From Podarcis bocagei (lineage: Eukaryota), in the NCBI GenBank assembly GCA_964188305.1, contig OZ076888.1: a stretch of DNA of 64,000 bases; one strand, written 5' to 3'. Within the stretch, counting starts at the first letter, position 1. Every line of letters starts with the position of its first letter. This document shows, one piece after another, positions 35,321 to 49,384 of the stretch. The translations under genes and the position numbers were made by a program. The notes beneath the pieces were generated by a model. The model was not told where the DNA came from, searched no databases, and saw only the letters and a program-made list of their open reading frames with translations.

Positions 35321-38300
35321 GTAGTGCTTTGCTCAGCTGAGTCAGGACATAGTATAGAAAAGGCAAATGCAATCCTGCAAACAGACACTGCCTTCCCATT
35401 AACAAACAAAAGTTAAAAGCATTATATAAAGAAACAAGCCTTCACTTGAAAGGAATATATATCTGTATTCCAAAACAACTGGGCTCATCTGGAAGAATAT
35501 GTGTACTTTAAGACCTTTGGGTGTGGCAGGAGGATCCGAAGGTGTGGCAGTATGAATGGAGGGAATAAGTTTCTTGTAGCCCTCAGACTGGTTTTGTTAA
35601 AACTTTTGGGAGGTGTGAAGTGTTGGTCACTGCCCTCCTCACACATCCTCATGGATTTATGCCAGCTCTACTTCCCATGCCCAACCATAATACAATCTTC
35701 ATTAACATTGTTTCAAATACAACTTTTTTTTTTAAAAAGCCACTTCTCCTAGGGAATGCAGGATTTGTATACATTTTATCTGTTATCTCATTTTCTATTG
35801 CATCTTTTAACTGAAGTGATGCTTTCCTAACCTATCCACTTAATTCTCTCTCCTCCAAACTACTGTTCGAATTCTCACATCTTTTCTTTTAACTTGATCA
35901 TTTGAGGCAGCTTTTTGAAATAAAAGTTCCACTGTTAGGTAGCTGCTGAATCTGTTTCTAGACTATGGGATGTTTTCAATGTGTCCAGTCTACAATTGTT
36001 TTTAAAATGTCAGATCAGGCTTGTTTTTTACTTAAAGTCCAAATTCAGATTACAAATTACAGGGGGAAAGATGGCAAAATAGTGTTTACTTGTGTATTTT
36101 TAAATGTTTTCAAGGATGAGGTTAACCCAGTCAAGATATTTTATAATTTACTTTTATTTTGGGGCTATGGTCATAGCAAGGAGACATTTTGGTAACCGCA
36201 GTTTTAGCATAATGGAAAAGAAAGGTGACTGGATTTTGTAATTGGAGAGGTGATGGGACAGGCAAAACGTCTTATATGTTGGTAGGCATAGAGTGTTTGT
36301 TTTGTGGTTATTTTAATTATGTACTATGAAAGCATAACCTTTTAAAATTATTCCTCAGAGTGGTTTCTGTTCAAAATAGAAATAATTTTGCAAATTTAAA
36401 TTAGTGGGGCTGATGAGCATTAAGGGAAAAAATTCCCCTGGAAAAAAAAGAATTTTATATTTATTTACATCTTTGTCTAGAAGCACTTAGGATTTAATAT
36501 TGATGTAGTCCATTACCTTTTGAAATGAGTGGGAACTATTTGTATCGAGGTTTTGAATAGATGTTTGATCAGGGCCCCAGAGTAGTTATTAGTTAATGGA
36601 GAAAATTCTTCTTGGCCATATTTAAACATTCTCTCTCTAATAACAACACACTGTTACAGTGAATTCATTTCATTGTATACAAATATATTATTTTATTGAT
36701 ATAACGGGTGACCTTGTTCCTTAGCATCATATGGATTCAAAAGACATTTTCCATATTCAGTAGGCAATTTGCACATAAGCCAACAGCATATTTTGGGCCC
36801 TTTCTTCTACTCCCAATGATTTGTAGAGTTTGCATTTGTGAAAGCAAGATAAATTATGGTTTAAAGAGAACCCATTATTCGTTTATGGTACAAACCAGAA
36901 TGATTAAATATTACAAAGGATTTATTCAGTTTATACTGTTCAGTGTGTATTCCTGTAATTTGGCTGTTCTTTTTATCTCAAAGGTGTAAGTAAATAAATA
37001 ATATTGAGTCTTACACATAGGTAGAATTATCACACAGGATTATGAGCTCATGAACCATATTTTTCACTGAAGGTTAAAAAAGTTGTTTTGCAATATTGTT
37101 TCCTCCTTTTTGGTTTTTGTTCTTTTATTTTTATTTAGAGGAATATTTGTTGTTCTCATATGTAACCTTCAGTTCTTAGAAATACATAAGCTGAACACTG
37201 ATTTCTGATTTTCTGCTTTAAGAAATGTAAAGAATTATGAAGTATCATTAAATCTGCTTATGATGAATAATACATTGCTTTAGGAATAATGCTTTAATTG
37301 CCAAAGAGTCCATAAAGCTTGTTAGCAATAATTTTATTTTAAAATGACAAAAGATTATTCTACATAATGCTAATTTTGCTTTTGCTAAAGTAATGTGCCT
37401 GGCTCTGAAGAGGACCAATATGCAGTAAGGAGAGCTCTGTTGGAAATGAAATAATGAATTAAAGAATACACTTGTGTACGCAATGTGGTAGTGGTTGCAA
37501 TAGAATTTAACAGAAGAACAATTAAGTAGTTAGATGTAATTCTGGTTATGAACATACTGTTAATTTGCTTTTTGTGGGGGAGATTTGTTTCACGGTGCTG
37601 AGTTGTTTCACAGTGCTCATCTTTCATTTCAACCTGAATCTAAAATGGTTAGTATAGGAAAATATGGAAGTGATATGGCTTGTGATCTGGTAAATGCCCA
37701 TGAATGGAAATATTTTAAAATAATGCTTTGGAAAATGTATTTTCTCCCTTTTATTTCCTGAAGTACATAATCTTCTGCACAATAATGTAGATCCTGGTGC
37801 ATGAAGAGTTAATGGTATCCCCCCCCCTTGTTCCCCTGTCTTGAATTGTTTTGACAACACTTTTCAAAAGTGTGACATTTGGAGCCCCTGCAATAACATG
37901 TAATATTACTGTAATTACACAGGTCATTACATTTTAAATAGAGAACAATGGAATGCTTATCATACTGAAAAACAAAGAACAGGTGTTCCTGCCCTTCTTT
38001 GGTATTTATGCTAATTTGTTTTTTCATCTTCCTTGGAAATATTTATTGCTCGGCACTGTTAAGATTTCTGCTTCCAATGTGATGGTTTGATTCCTGACTA
38101 ATCTTGAAGGTTGAGAGCTTAGCTGATTTTTGAAATAAGGGTTATGGTGTTAAACTAGTTGGATGTTCACAATGTACATACAGTTTTCATATGTCAGCGT
38201 CTTTGCGCTTCATGGCAGAGATAAGCTATTCATTGAATTGTACCATTCACCTTCTTGATGGCTTTAAAACAACAATGAAGTTTCCCCCCCCCCCTGTAAC

Positions 38301-41300
38301 TGTGTAGAAACAAGCTATTCTCAGCCGATGATCTTCTGACACCAATCAAATGAAGCACGGGAGTCTGAAAACCTCTCAGTTCTTAGCCCAGTTAGAACGC
38401 TGTTTCTGCTTTGCAAGTGGCTTGCGAAATATAGAATAGCAACTAGCATTAGCTTTGTTAACTTCTTTTTTTAAAAAAGGCATTTAAACTTCTCCAGCAT
38501 GATTTTAAGGTTGCAGGACAGAGAGGGAATCAGTGAATTTTAAGAGCCAGCCCTCCTTTGGAAGCAGAATGCAAGCTTGTGAGCCCAGAGAAGTAAAAGT
38601 TTGACGCTTCTGACTGATGGCAAAATTTGCAGCATCTTTTTGTGTGAGGGTCCCAAATATTGCCTCTTGTTGTGAGGCAATGCTAAGATGTAGTATTTTT
38701 AAATAAGTATACTAAGATTTGGCTCTTGATTTGAAAGTTCCAGTTTTTATGGATTCCTAAGAAAATGCTACTCCTCCCCTTTTTAAAAAAAAGCAGAATA
38801 GAGAAAGGACAGCTGTAGATTTCTTTTTCTGCTTTTCTTTTTTTTGCATGCATGTATGTGTTTCCACACTGCACCATGACTAAAACTGTAAGGCCCCCCA
38901 TTTCCAGCTGTCTGGTAGTTATGTGGAAGTTGGATTATTGGCTGTTAAGCATGAGACAACCTGGATTTAGCAAATGCTTTCCTGAACAGGGGAGTAGGTG
39001 ACTGTTTGCGGGGGTGGGGTGGGGGGTTTGAGGGGAGAAAACATTTGTGAGGCACTTTGTGGTTGCTCTTGAAACATGCATGCTGCCACAATAAAATGAA
39101 GAAGGGATGCACTCTTTGGGTCAGAGTGCATCTAGTTTCCAACAAAAGAGCCCTTGCAGATAAGAGGGCATGGATGTGTGTTTTTGTAAGTGCATTCAGG
39201 GATGTAGGTGGAATTAGAATGTTCTCCTTCCCACACCTTACCTGTTGTGGGAACTTTTTGTTTCTTGCTTGCTCCAAACTTTTTAACTGCTGCAGCTGCA
39301 GCTGCTGGATTGTTTGCATAGTAAGAGAGTTTGTACTCACCCAAGCCTTTGTGTGTGTATGTGTGTGTGTGTGTATATTCTCTTTGTACTGAGCTATGGC
39401 AAATATGCAGGCAGAGCCTTGCCCGCTGACTCGTAATTGGGCATGTTTGTGAAGGAAATGGTTAATTTTACAACCAAAGGCAAACTTGCACCTCAACAGG
39501 TCTGCTGAAAGAAATGTGCCACAGTCATTTGCTGGCAGGCAGCGAAGGGTCATAAATCTACAGGGTTTATTTACAGCCTATAACACTTATGAATGTTAAG
39601 ATATTTGACGCCACGCTGGCCTTATAATATCCAAGGTCCACAGACACTGGCAGTGGGTCAGGTTTCTTTCACTAATTATAAGCAATGAGAGATGGGGAAA
39701 TTGGGGAAATAAACCCATGAAAAGCTTAGATTGTTTTGGGGGGGCTGGTGGGAGTTTGGTGCTTGTTCTCCTAACTGCACGGCTGGCCTTTTCCTATGAT
39801 TCAGAATTAACGCTTGAAATACTGAGGGGCAATGTGTGATGGCTTAAGCAAACCTTTAGCACAGCCTGCATTCTTTATCAACGTGCTCGCAGTCTTGTGT
39901 AGGATATCTAGACAGGAACCCTGCAAAATATTTCCCAGAATACTTTCAAAGAAACCTGATATAACCCTGAATATATTTGTTGTAGCTGAGGGGGGGGGGG
40001 ATTGCCATGCCTGAATTAATAAACAAGTTACATTAGGCTATATTTAACAGATGTATGTTTATGATTGATCTCTGTCTTTCTTTCTTGAAATAAAGCAAGG
40101 AAGTGGCACTTCAATAAGAATATCTAGATAGCAGACAGATGATACATTTTTCATTTCAAAGTCTGGTTTTAAATTACGTGCCTACCTCCCCACCCGTTAT
40201 TTTAGAGAACTGAATAAAATCTGGGTTTCTAGAGGGGACAGATCAGGAGAGAAAACACATTAGAAAAAAAACGTGTATCTGGGAAAGAATGTGGTAAAAT
40301 CCAGAGGCCAGGAGCAAATAAGGAAGAATGCTAGTGTGTAGGGGTGCTTGAAAAAAATATTGTTGAGATCAGCTGCTGAAGGGGAAGCTGGGCATCTAGG
40401 GAATGATTGGCTCATGTGTCAGGGAAGTCTTTGGGGCCAAGGCGAAGCATCACTTGAGGGGCCCCTCTCTCGTTCTCCCTGGATTAAACAAGTGCATTGT
40501 TTAAATGCTTTTAAATGCAAGAGTGCTTTTCTCTTGATCTATATGATGATGCTTCTTTTTTTAAAAAAAGCCAAACCCTAAATTATAAAAATAGGCCAAA
40601 GGATAAATCAGGGTTTTTAGGAATCTATTCCCCCACCTCAGCAGTCTAGTTAGGTGCATTATCACATTCAATTTAGAGATACTAATTTGGGCAAGGGAGT
40701 ATGGGAAGAATACATATATTGGTTTTCTCCCATATGTTTTTACCCCCTTCCATTTAAAATACTGAGTCATTTCCCCCCTCAAAATATAAAATTGTATTTT
40801 TTTTAAAAAAAAACCCCAACAACTTTCCACTAGTAAATGTTCAAGAAGCCTAGGACATAATGTTTTATGAATTTTCCTAACCGGTAGAGTTCTGTAACTT
40901 ATTAGCCCTTAGGGATAAATCTGAATCCCTTAACACCACATTACAGAGGTGGTGTGGTAGGACCTTTTAGCAGGTTATCAACAGTGGTGTTGGTCTGTTT
41001 CCCAATAGACTTCATTCATTTGCAACTCCCTGTTTAATTCCAGGTTGGCACTTGGTCTGTTCTTTTGTGTGTTTTTGTTCAAGTACTCCAAAACCCTGAT
41101 CCTTATTATTCTTGAAGCTATACACAGTCAAGCAGGCAGCCATGAATGAGTTAAGTTGCTAGCCAAACTTTGGCTTGGGGAAGAGAAATTTGGGGGCCTG
41201 GTTGGCATTAACAGGGCACAACACATTTTACAGAGCTTAATTAGTACGAACTGTAATTGTTTGTGGTCTGCCAGGAGGAGTAATGTGCAGGAAAAGTGGA

Positions 41301-42798
41301 GTCGTTCTTTTGCAGTCCTCAGTTTTGAAACGATAAATCACTTGCATATTTGTGCAATGATTCAAATGGAGCTGAGACCTCTCCATCTCAACATGTGGTA
41401 AATTGTAAAGTCAATGAATTGCAGATGTAGGCTGCAGTCTGTGTGTGTGTGTGTGTGTGTGTGTGAAATGCAGAATGAATGGGAAAGAATGACAGTATAA
41501 ATATTTACTGAGAAGATAACTGAGCTTTAACGTGCTAGGCCAATTATGAAGTACTAGCCAGTCGTTTTGTTTTTAGCCATTTGTTTTTGCTTTAAATAAA
41601 TTAAATCAAGGTTAGGGGCACTATTAGCCTTGATGAACATTGCTGATCCTCGAGAAACAATGGCTTTCTTGCACAGGACCGTGAAACAATTGGATTTAGT
41701 AGAAATTGGTTCACTACTATCACTGGCAGCTAAGTAAAATAACAAGGGAAGGGGCACCGAAAATGCTTCTGCAACAAAACCTTTAACGAGAGATGTAGAC
41801 AAGTTTGTGTCTCTCTTAGAGAATATACTACCAGTTTGTAAGAGATCTGTTTCTACATTCCTTGCACACCCAGAAGTCTCATCAACTTCACTGAGACTTC
41901 CTGCTTGAATAAGGAAGGCATAAAGACCATGTCTTTCATTTTTAGCATGTTTGAAATGCTCAATGACCCCATTGTTTGCATCTCAGTTATCCAGAGCTAC
42001 TTGTTAGCTTGATTTAGGCCCCATTTACACAGCCAAATAGCGCCAGTGTTTCTCCCTCCACCCCTTGTGTTGGTTAGTTAGAAAGGTATATCTAGATAAT
42101 TTAAATCAGGACAACTTTTCTGGACACAACAGTAGCAATATCTTCACTGGTAGCAGACTGGTCATAATCACAGATACTGTTGTTCATTGCCTTTCTCAGT
42201 GGTAATTGAGTTTTGCTTTTCTCTTATACCTGATGGTATTTGTTTATCTTTGGAAATGTAAACATTCTTCTGTGAAGTAAACAAGTTACAAGCACAATGA
42301 GTAATTACCCTTGGGCTCAACTGCATGTACCCTCCAATGATGACTTAACTATTTCCAGATGTCACATTTGCTTGTCTTCAACCTAGGGGCTGTGATTTAA
42401 TCTCCTCCCCTTTCTCTTTTGGATTTCCCACATCCCCTTAATGGTTTGCTACAACCAAAGCTTGACAATACTTTTTTAAAAAAAAAAATGGTACAAGTGG
42501 TTTGAGCTGCAAGTCTGATTTCTAGATCAGTGGACTCTACTGGTTCAATGGTGCACAACACTAATGGGAACTAACTGATTTTACCTTTGGATCCGTATTC
42601 ATGTGAAACTGAATGTGCCCATTCACATGCTGGCTGCCCAGCTAGCATTTGTCTTCCTTCTTGCATCCCATTGTATTTGTCAACCTGATGTCACTGATGT
42701 TAGCGAAATCTCCTGTGTTTGATTTGTGGATTGGTGCTACAGCAGTGAGCCCAGTGCCTAAGCACTTTCCCTCCTCCTTCCACTCCTGTCGTGTGTTT

Positions 42799-42987
42799 TA
42801 GGCACATAAACTGCCTTTTTATTGAGTCAGACCATTGTTCCATCTGGCTCAATATTGTCTGCAGTCACTGGCAGTGGCTCTCCAGGATCTGAGAAAGGAT
42901 CCTCCCCCAGCCCTATCTGGAGTTTCTGGGGATTGAACCTGCAATCTTCTGCATGCAATGTAGATGGTCTACCACTGACCTATGGCT
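42799..42987 (-). mobile_element. tRNA-derived squamate SINE (Squam2-like)
   Basis: Minus strand GCCATAGGTCAGTGGTAGACCATC (A box)...TGCATGCAGAAG...GGTTCAATCCCC (B box)...GAGAGCCACTGCCAGT...ATGGTCTGACTC. Confidence 0.8.
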
Positions 42988-45900
42988 AAATCCTCTGTAA
43001 CCCTCAGCTGTATGTGTGAAGAGGGTTCTAAGCATAGAAGGGGAAGCAGGGCCCCAGCTTGGCTGCTACATATTGAGTAGGGGCATATGAAAAAGCAACA
43101 CCCTTATACATAAAGCTCTATGCTTCTATTCTGGATTGGGGTTTCAGATCCAGAGGCTTAGGTGCATAGTGTTGTTCACAAATGCTTTCCTTATCAGATG
43201 TCCATGCCCAAAATGTTGACACCAGGGGTGGGATCAGCAAAATGCCCCCATTTCACCTTCTCTGTGTTATGAGGGTTCATTGCTATGTGTTAATACCACT
43301 TTGACAGAAACCATTGTTTGCTGCTGCATCCAAATCTGAAAAAAGACTTGAAACTAGAATTTGGAACTGTTGTCTTATTCAGCTTGTGTGATAAGCGTCC
43401 ATTATTGCTTACTATTTTGGAGAAAATAAGTTAGTCAATTGAGTATACAGGAGAAGGTGGGAGCACATGGCTGCAAGTTTGGTTCATGCTTTGTTGTCAG
43501 TTTGATTATAGTGGTCCAAGTAGGGTATAAAATGTAGCAGATAGTTTATTTTCTTCTTGTAAAAATAGCTATTCTGAATTTGCCAAAATATACGTTTGGT
43601 CAACAGAAACAAATGGTAGGCATGGGTGGTTGTTAAAGGAGCTATTCAGCTGGTGAAATTTACCAAGATTAATAGTTTCCTAGCTTTCTGTCAGTCACAG
43701 ACATGATTTCTTAAGTTGGTTCAGCTTGCACTTAAGATTTAACACAGTTTCAGTGATGTCCTTACATTAAGAGGCTGAAGCTACAGCATTTTCCAACTGA
43801 TCAAATTAAAACAAATGATACTTTTCTTGCAGAGAGCTGGTTGTGTGGACAATTCCATTCAGAGATGGTTGCATTAGTGTTGACAAATCGCTGCAGAGTA
43901 TATATTATGTATATAAATTAATATTCAATGGTACAAGCATTCTCATGAGAGGATATGACCTTGAATGAAATATCAAAAGAATATGATGGCAGCCCGCTGG
44001 CTAGTTGTTGTTTTTTTAAATGTATTTTTTCCCCTTGCCACACCTTTTTAGAAAAGATTTATGTCTTATTGTGCCTTACATAGATGTAAAATGTTTAAAA
44101 ATATTAAGTCCCTTTGTCTGTCTTCTCTTCACCTTGAGAGATGTAAAAAGGGATCTTTTAAAAATATGCTTCTCTGCTTCTCAGTTACTGGATAAATTGT
44201 GTCTGAGGGACTCATCAGTAACATCCCACCCCCCTTTCCTGCTTTGCAATAATCAGAAAGCAACATAAAGAGAAACACTTCTCCCACTGAGAATATTCGC
44301 TTGCATCTCTGCATTACCTGTAGATCACCCAATAGCGCAAGTAGCTTCAATGTGTGGGTGTACCCATGCATAATGAAATACGTTTTTGCATTTTAGTTCA
44401 AATTTACTCACTTTTAAAAATTCTTCTGGTGTCTAATTTCATTGCTCTCAAAACATTTCTATGATGCTCAAAGAAATATGTGAAGTGATAAGTTACAACA
44501 CATCAGTTTCATTAATAAACATAAAGTGTATCTGTATTATGTTTATACTTTTGATACGTATACTTTAGTTATCAGGTGCTATTCAGTATAAACGGGACAA
44601 TATGAAATTCCTTGGTTACAATGTGTTCCAATTGACCAGGGACTCTATGGGGTTTGTGGAAAGAAAAGGCTGGGCAAGTTTTCATTAAGGTTTAAATCTG
44701 GCAATTGGAAAAGAGGAGAATAAAGGGAGCTCAAAAGAGGGACAAGTGGTTAATGTAGCATTCTGTGCTCCAAAGGGAAACCTCTTTTAGACGAGAGTGG
44801 TTCACAGGCCAAGAATTTCAAACTTGCAGGGAAACCTGTCCAGAACACACAAGTCGTTGGAATGGTTGCAGAATTGTCACAGCAATTAGAGCAATCTCTG
44901 CTAACTGAGTGGCAGTTTTTATAAAGGACAGAAGATAAAGGGTTCAGATTCATTTCTCCCTCTCTCTGTGTCCCCCTCTGTGATTCACTCCTGATCAACC
45001 ATTGTCTCTTTGGGTATGTACAAGAGACGGGCAGAGGGGGAATGGGGTGAAAGAGGGCAGGCATGTTTTGAGCTCCTTACTCGTCATTAGCTTTCCTTAT
45101 TTTTGATGAACCTAGAGTTGCATTGGCCTCCTCCCCCTTCAGTGAAGTCCAGCTATTTTGGCATTTCCTACTCCCATTTGTGTGTACTAATTGTTGACAC
45201 TTTAGACAGCCGGCTTGTGTGTTAATTTAGCTCTGTTCCTTGTTTAAAAAATGCGCTTGTGGAAAGATACATGGTCTTTGATTTGGTATAAGGATTGCAT
45301 ATAGAAACGTAAGCCTTACTGCTCCTTTACCTTAAGGCTTGTGGTGTAATAGATTTAGTTTTGTGGTGCTGGAATGCATCAGAAGAGGTGCGTTTCTGCA
45401 AAACGATAACTTTCTTTACAATATTTCAAATGTAGGAGGGTGACCTTTCTCTGACAGCGTTCTGTGCATTGATCAGTTTGCATGACAAATAGAAATTCGG
45501 CACACAAAGCTTTCCCCAGTCAGCATGATGCATCAATTGGAACAACTTTATCTGCTTAATTTCTGCTCATGATATAGCTGTTAAAGGCACAGGAGCCTTG
45601 TCAGGTACAAGTGTTGGCACTTGCCACCCACTCACCTGTGATTCATTTGAAGTTCTCTCATTTAAAATGACTTATATCCTAAGATAAATGAAGTTGAGAA
45701 AGTTTATTGAAACTTCTACTTTTCATACACCCGACTCGCACCCCTAAAGACCCATCTCATCCAATATTCTGTTCTCACAGTAGCAATAGCAGTCTCACTT
45801 ATGATGCCATCATGACTCTGTAGCTATTGATATCTTTATCCAGATTGATGATGCATCCTGTGTTCCTGATATACGTGTGCCTATTTCCTACTTTTTCTGT

Positions 45901-48900
45901 TGGAGTTCCCTCAGCAGTCTGAAAGAGTCATTACGGGACTGTTTTAGCTACTTACCTTGTATAGTTGGAAGGCTTTTCAGGGATCGCAGATAAGAAATCT
46001 CTTTTGTTAAACTTGCCCATGTCTTGTGAGTAATCTGATTGGTCGTTGGAAGGATTATTTAGATAAGCCTGAGCTGATAGAAATGGCCCCATGAATCATA
46101 TGCTTATTACATTCCAGGGCTGAGACACACCTTCAAGTAGAGGTGTGTGAAGTACTGGTAACAAGGTTCAGGCCTATCTCAGGTGAAACACGTTAAATTA
46201 TACGTTGGTGTGCTTTTTAAATGTCTAGCTAATTTTCTCATTAGATACCGGTACATTTCTGTTTTCATTTTTTCCTGTCCTTAACAAACACGTATTTGAA
46301 AGTTTGGGATCTAAACAAACACTGGCTATTTTGGTTTGAAACATCGGTGATTTCTGGGGCAAATGTAGGCCTGTATCTTGGAAAGATTCAACTCCTTCAA
46401 GGCAAAAAAGAACTTGATAAGGCAAATCAAAATCACTCATTATGTTAATTAAGTTGGAAATTAATTTGCAAAACACACCCTATAGAGTCAGCTCGACTCA
46501 ATTTCAGCTTAGTAATTATCTTGTGGTGAGAGCAAAAGGTGTTGAAATATCCCACTCCTTGCAAATGTAGAGTACATGGATGTTGGTTTTTCCTGCCTAA
46601 ACACTGGAACTCTTGTGGCAGACTAGAGTCTATTTTATCAGATTGACTAGGCTGTTTCCTATGGAAGTTCATGCCAAATAAACTAGTTGGTGTCTCCTGA
46701 TTTTTTTTAACCTAGTAGCTATGGATACAGTAACCATGAAACCCACTTACTATAAAATTCTTTGTTTGGTAAAAATCCCATACATTTCTGTTGATCCCCA
46801 GAATGAGGAGCACGTATGTAGTCACGAGATCTCTTATCTCCAACACTTGCGGCAGTTTTTGTAAAACTGTTTTTGGCAAGTTTTCATAGTACCAACCGAC
46901 GTCTGACTAATAAGAAAGTGTCAGTCAAGTAATACCAGGCTTATTTTCCTAAAACAGCTCCCCCACCAAGATACGTGAGGTGTTTCCTGTTGGAACTGCT
47001 AGCTATTTTCTGCAAATATTTCAGCACGTGTAGATAAAGATGTTGTTGTCACTGTTGCTGTTGCAATTTAATTACAATGTTTGGTGGGAGAATACTTATT
47101 CAATCCTCACAGTATGTTTCAATCTTTTTACAACACACGCGAGGATATGCAACCGGATGGACTGCATGTGTCAAACATTATTTGTGGCAATCTTGATAAC
47201 GTTTGATCCTGTGATTGAGGTGGATATGTTTTTATGCAAATGTTTAGTATGCATGTGACTCTTTGGAAAACAATGTTACTTTACTTAAAAGCAGTTTACA
47301 TTTTTATGTACTGATTTATATACAAATTTGTATTTTTAAAAGAGAACTAAAACCGTGAACAACAATAACAAAATCACTTCATAAAAAACACACCATAAAT
47401 GAGTAACACCAAATGATACAAGATTCACAGTGGCATGTGGCATGTACCAAGCCAATATTAATGGTCAGGGAATTTATTTGTTTTCAAAAATTAGTGGGAT
47501 GGGATCAGACAACACAGGATCATAACGCCATTCAGCTTGGTCACATGACCTAACAACCCAGAAGAACATACATGGGCAAAAAGGTCAAACTCTGTTTGAA
47601 AGGCTTGCTTCTCCCCTCCCCCATGCCAGGCTCATTCCAAATCAGCAAACAGTAGCCACACTCCTGAACAGAGTTGGGATCAAGTGTACTTTTCACTGTG
47701 GGATTGCTGCAAAAGTAAATAGTTCTGTTTTCTTCCATGCAAGTAATCTTACATTGGTTGTTCTGATTCTTGGTATTTCTTCCTGCGCTCAGGATTATGC
47801 ATAGTAATATGGGATACATGATATATGAAGGATATTGCCTTTGGCATGACACAGGTTTTTCAGGTCTCCTTTAGTCCTATGGTTGCAGGAGGAATTTCTT
47901 CCAGAGACTTTTCTCTGCAGTGATTGCACAAATAGTTCCTACACTAGTTAAATTACTTAGAGCCTTTGTGCCTTCACATTATTAGCAACACTAGGTTATT
48001 TGCACCTCAGTGATCAAAATTGCGTCAGTAGCTTTATGCTATGTTTAACTGTGTGAAAACGATGCTCTGAGTAGCTGGTCATTATCAGTGCCCCACAATT
48101 TCAGACCACTCTGGTAGCCAGCCCAACCCTGTGGTTTCCAGGGCTCTGTGCCAGCCCCAGTGTGTGAGAGGTGAGATCTTGTTTCTGACATAGTGTTGGA
48201 TCCAAGTGCAGCACAAAGTCAGAGACAATCCCCTGTTATTCTCCTCAGGTCCAAGCTCATGAGGAGTGTTTGGTATCATCCATGTGCTTCTGAAGTGCTC
48301 TGGAACTTCTGCACGTCATGAACTAACCCTAGCTATCATCAAGCATCTTAAAGCTCTGTACAACTGTGGGGGTGGTTCCTCTTCTCCCCTTCCCATCTCC
48401 ATTCTCAATGAGAGGTTTGGAGCTCATTACTCTCACAAAAGGAAGACTTGTAATGAAAAGTCAATTTTGTGGACGTCTCATCATTAGAATTATTTGGATG
48501 CTGCAGTCTCCCCAAGGATCCTATTTCTGAAAAGCGGCAATGTAAATGCATGTTCCAAGCTACCTTATTCAGAAAGTTGGGTTCCATACAAGAAGAGAGA
48601 TAGTACATATGATCAAATGTTTTGACTTATGCACCACTGGACATCATTTTGTGTTAAGGTTTCAGTTTCATGATATACCATCCATGCATGGCTTTGTCAT
48701 TCTGTACTGATAAAACCAGTGTGTGTGGTTTATGCATCATGAAGTAGACATTCTCTGTAATCCCAAGCAAACTTGGCTCTCACACAAAAGATTTTTTGAA
48801 AAACAATTTCTGAACTGAAGCTTAACTTCATGCAGCTTTTTGCTCTGTCTTAAATTGCTTAAATTGTAGACTGCATGACAATACTGGGATTTTGTAACAG

Positions 48901-49384
48901 TAATAGTAATTAGTATCTAATGGAGCAGTCCTACACATGTCTATTCAGAAGTAAGTTAAAATGTGTTCAGGGAGACTTACTTTCAGGTAAGGGTCTTGCA
49001 GCTTTAATTTTGCTAAAGTTGTTAACCATATCAGGCATTTCACCTAATCACTTGTTTGTCCAAGAACTAAGGAAAAGGAAGTCTTAAAGATTTATTCTCA
49101 ACTTACTTGCCACTATTCATAGTGAATGTTTTCTCATTTAAATGCTTAATGATTATGTTCCCTCTTAACATAGCTAAAGCTCTTTCTTAGAAAAAGCTCC
49201 TCTTTTTGTGCACAATGCATTTGTTTGCATACAAATATGGGGTATTCACAGGAAGAAAGTCTCCCAAACTTCCATGCAAACCCCATAAATGATAAAGGTA
49301 GAGTATTTCTGAATCTGATAGACCAATGTATGATCTGGGTTTATAAGGCATTCATTGTTTGTTTCTAATAGTTATAACCCATCT

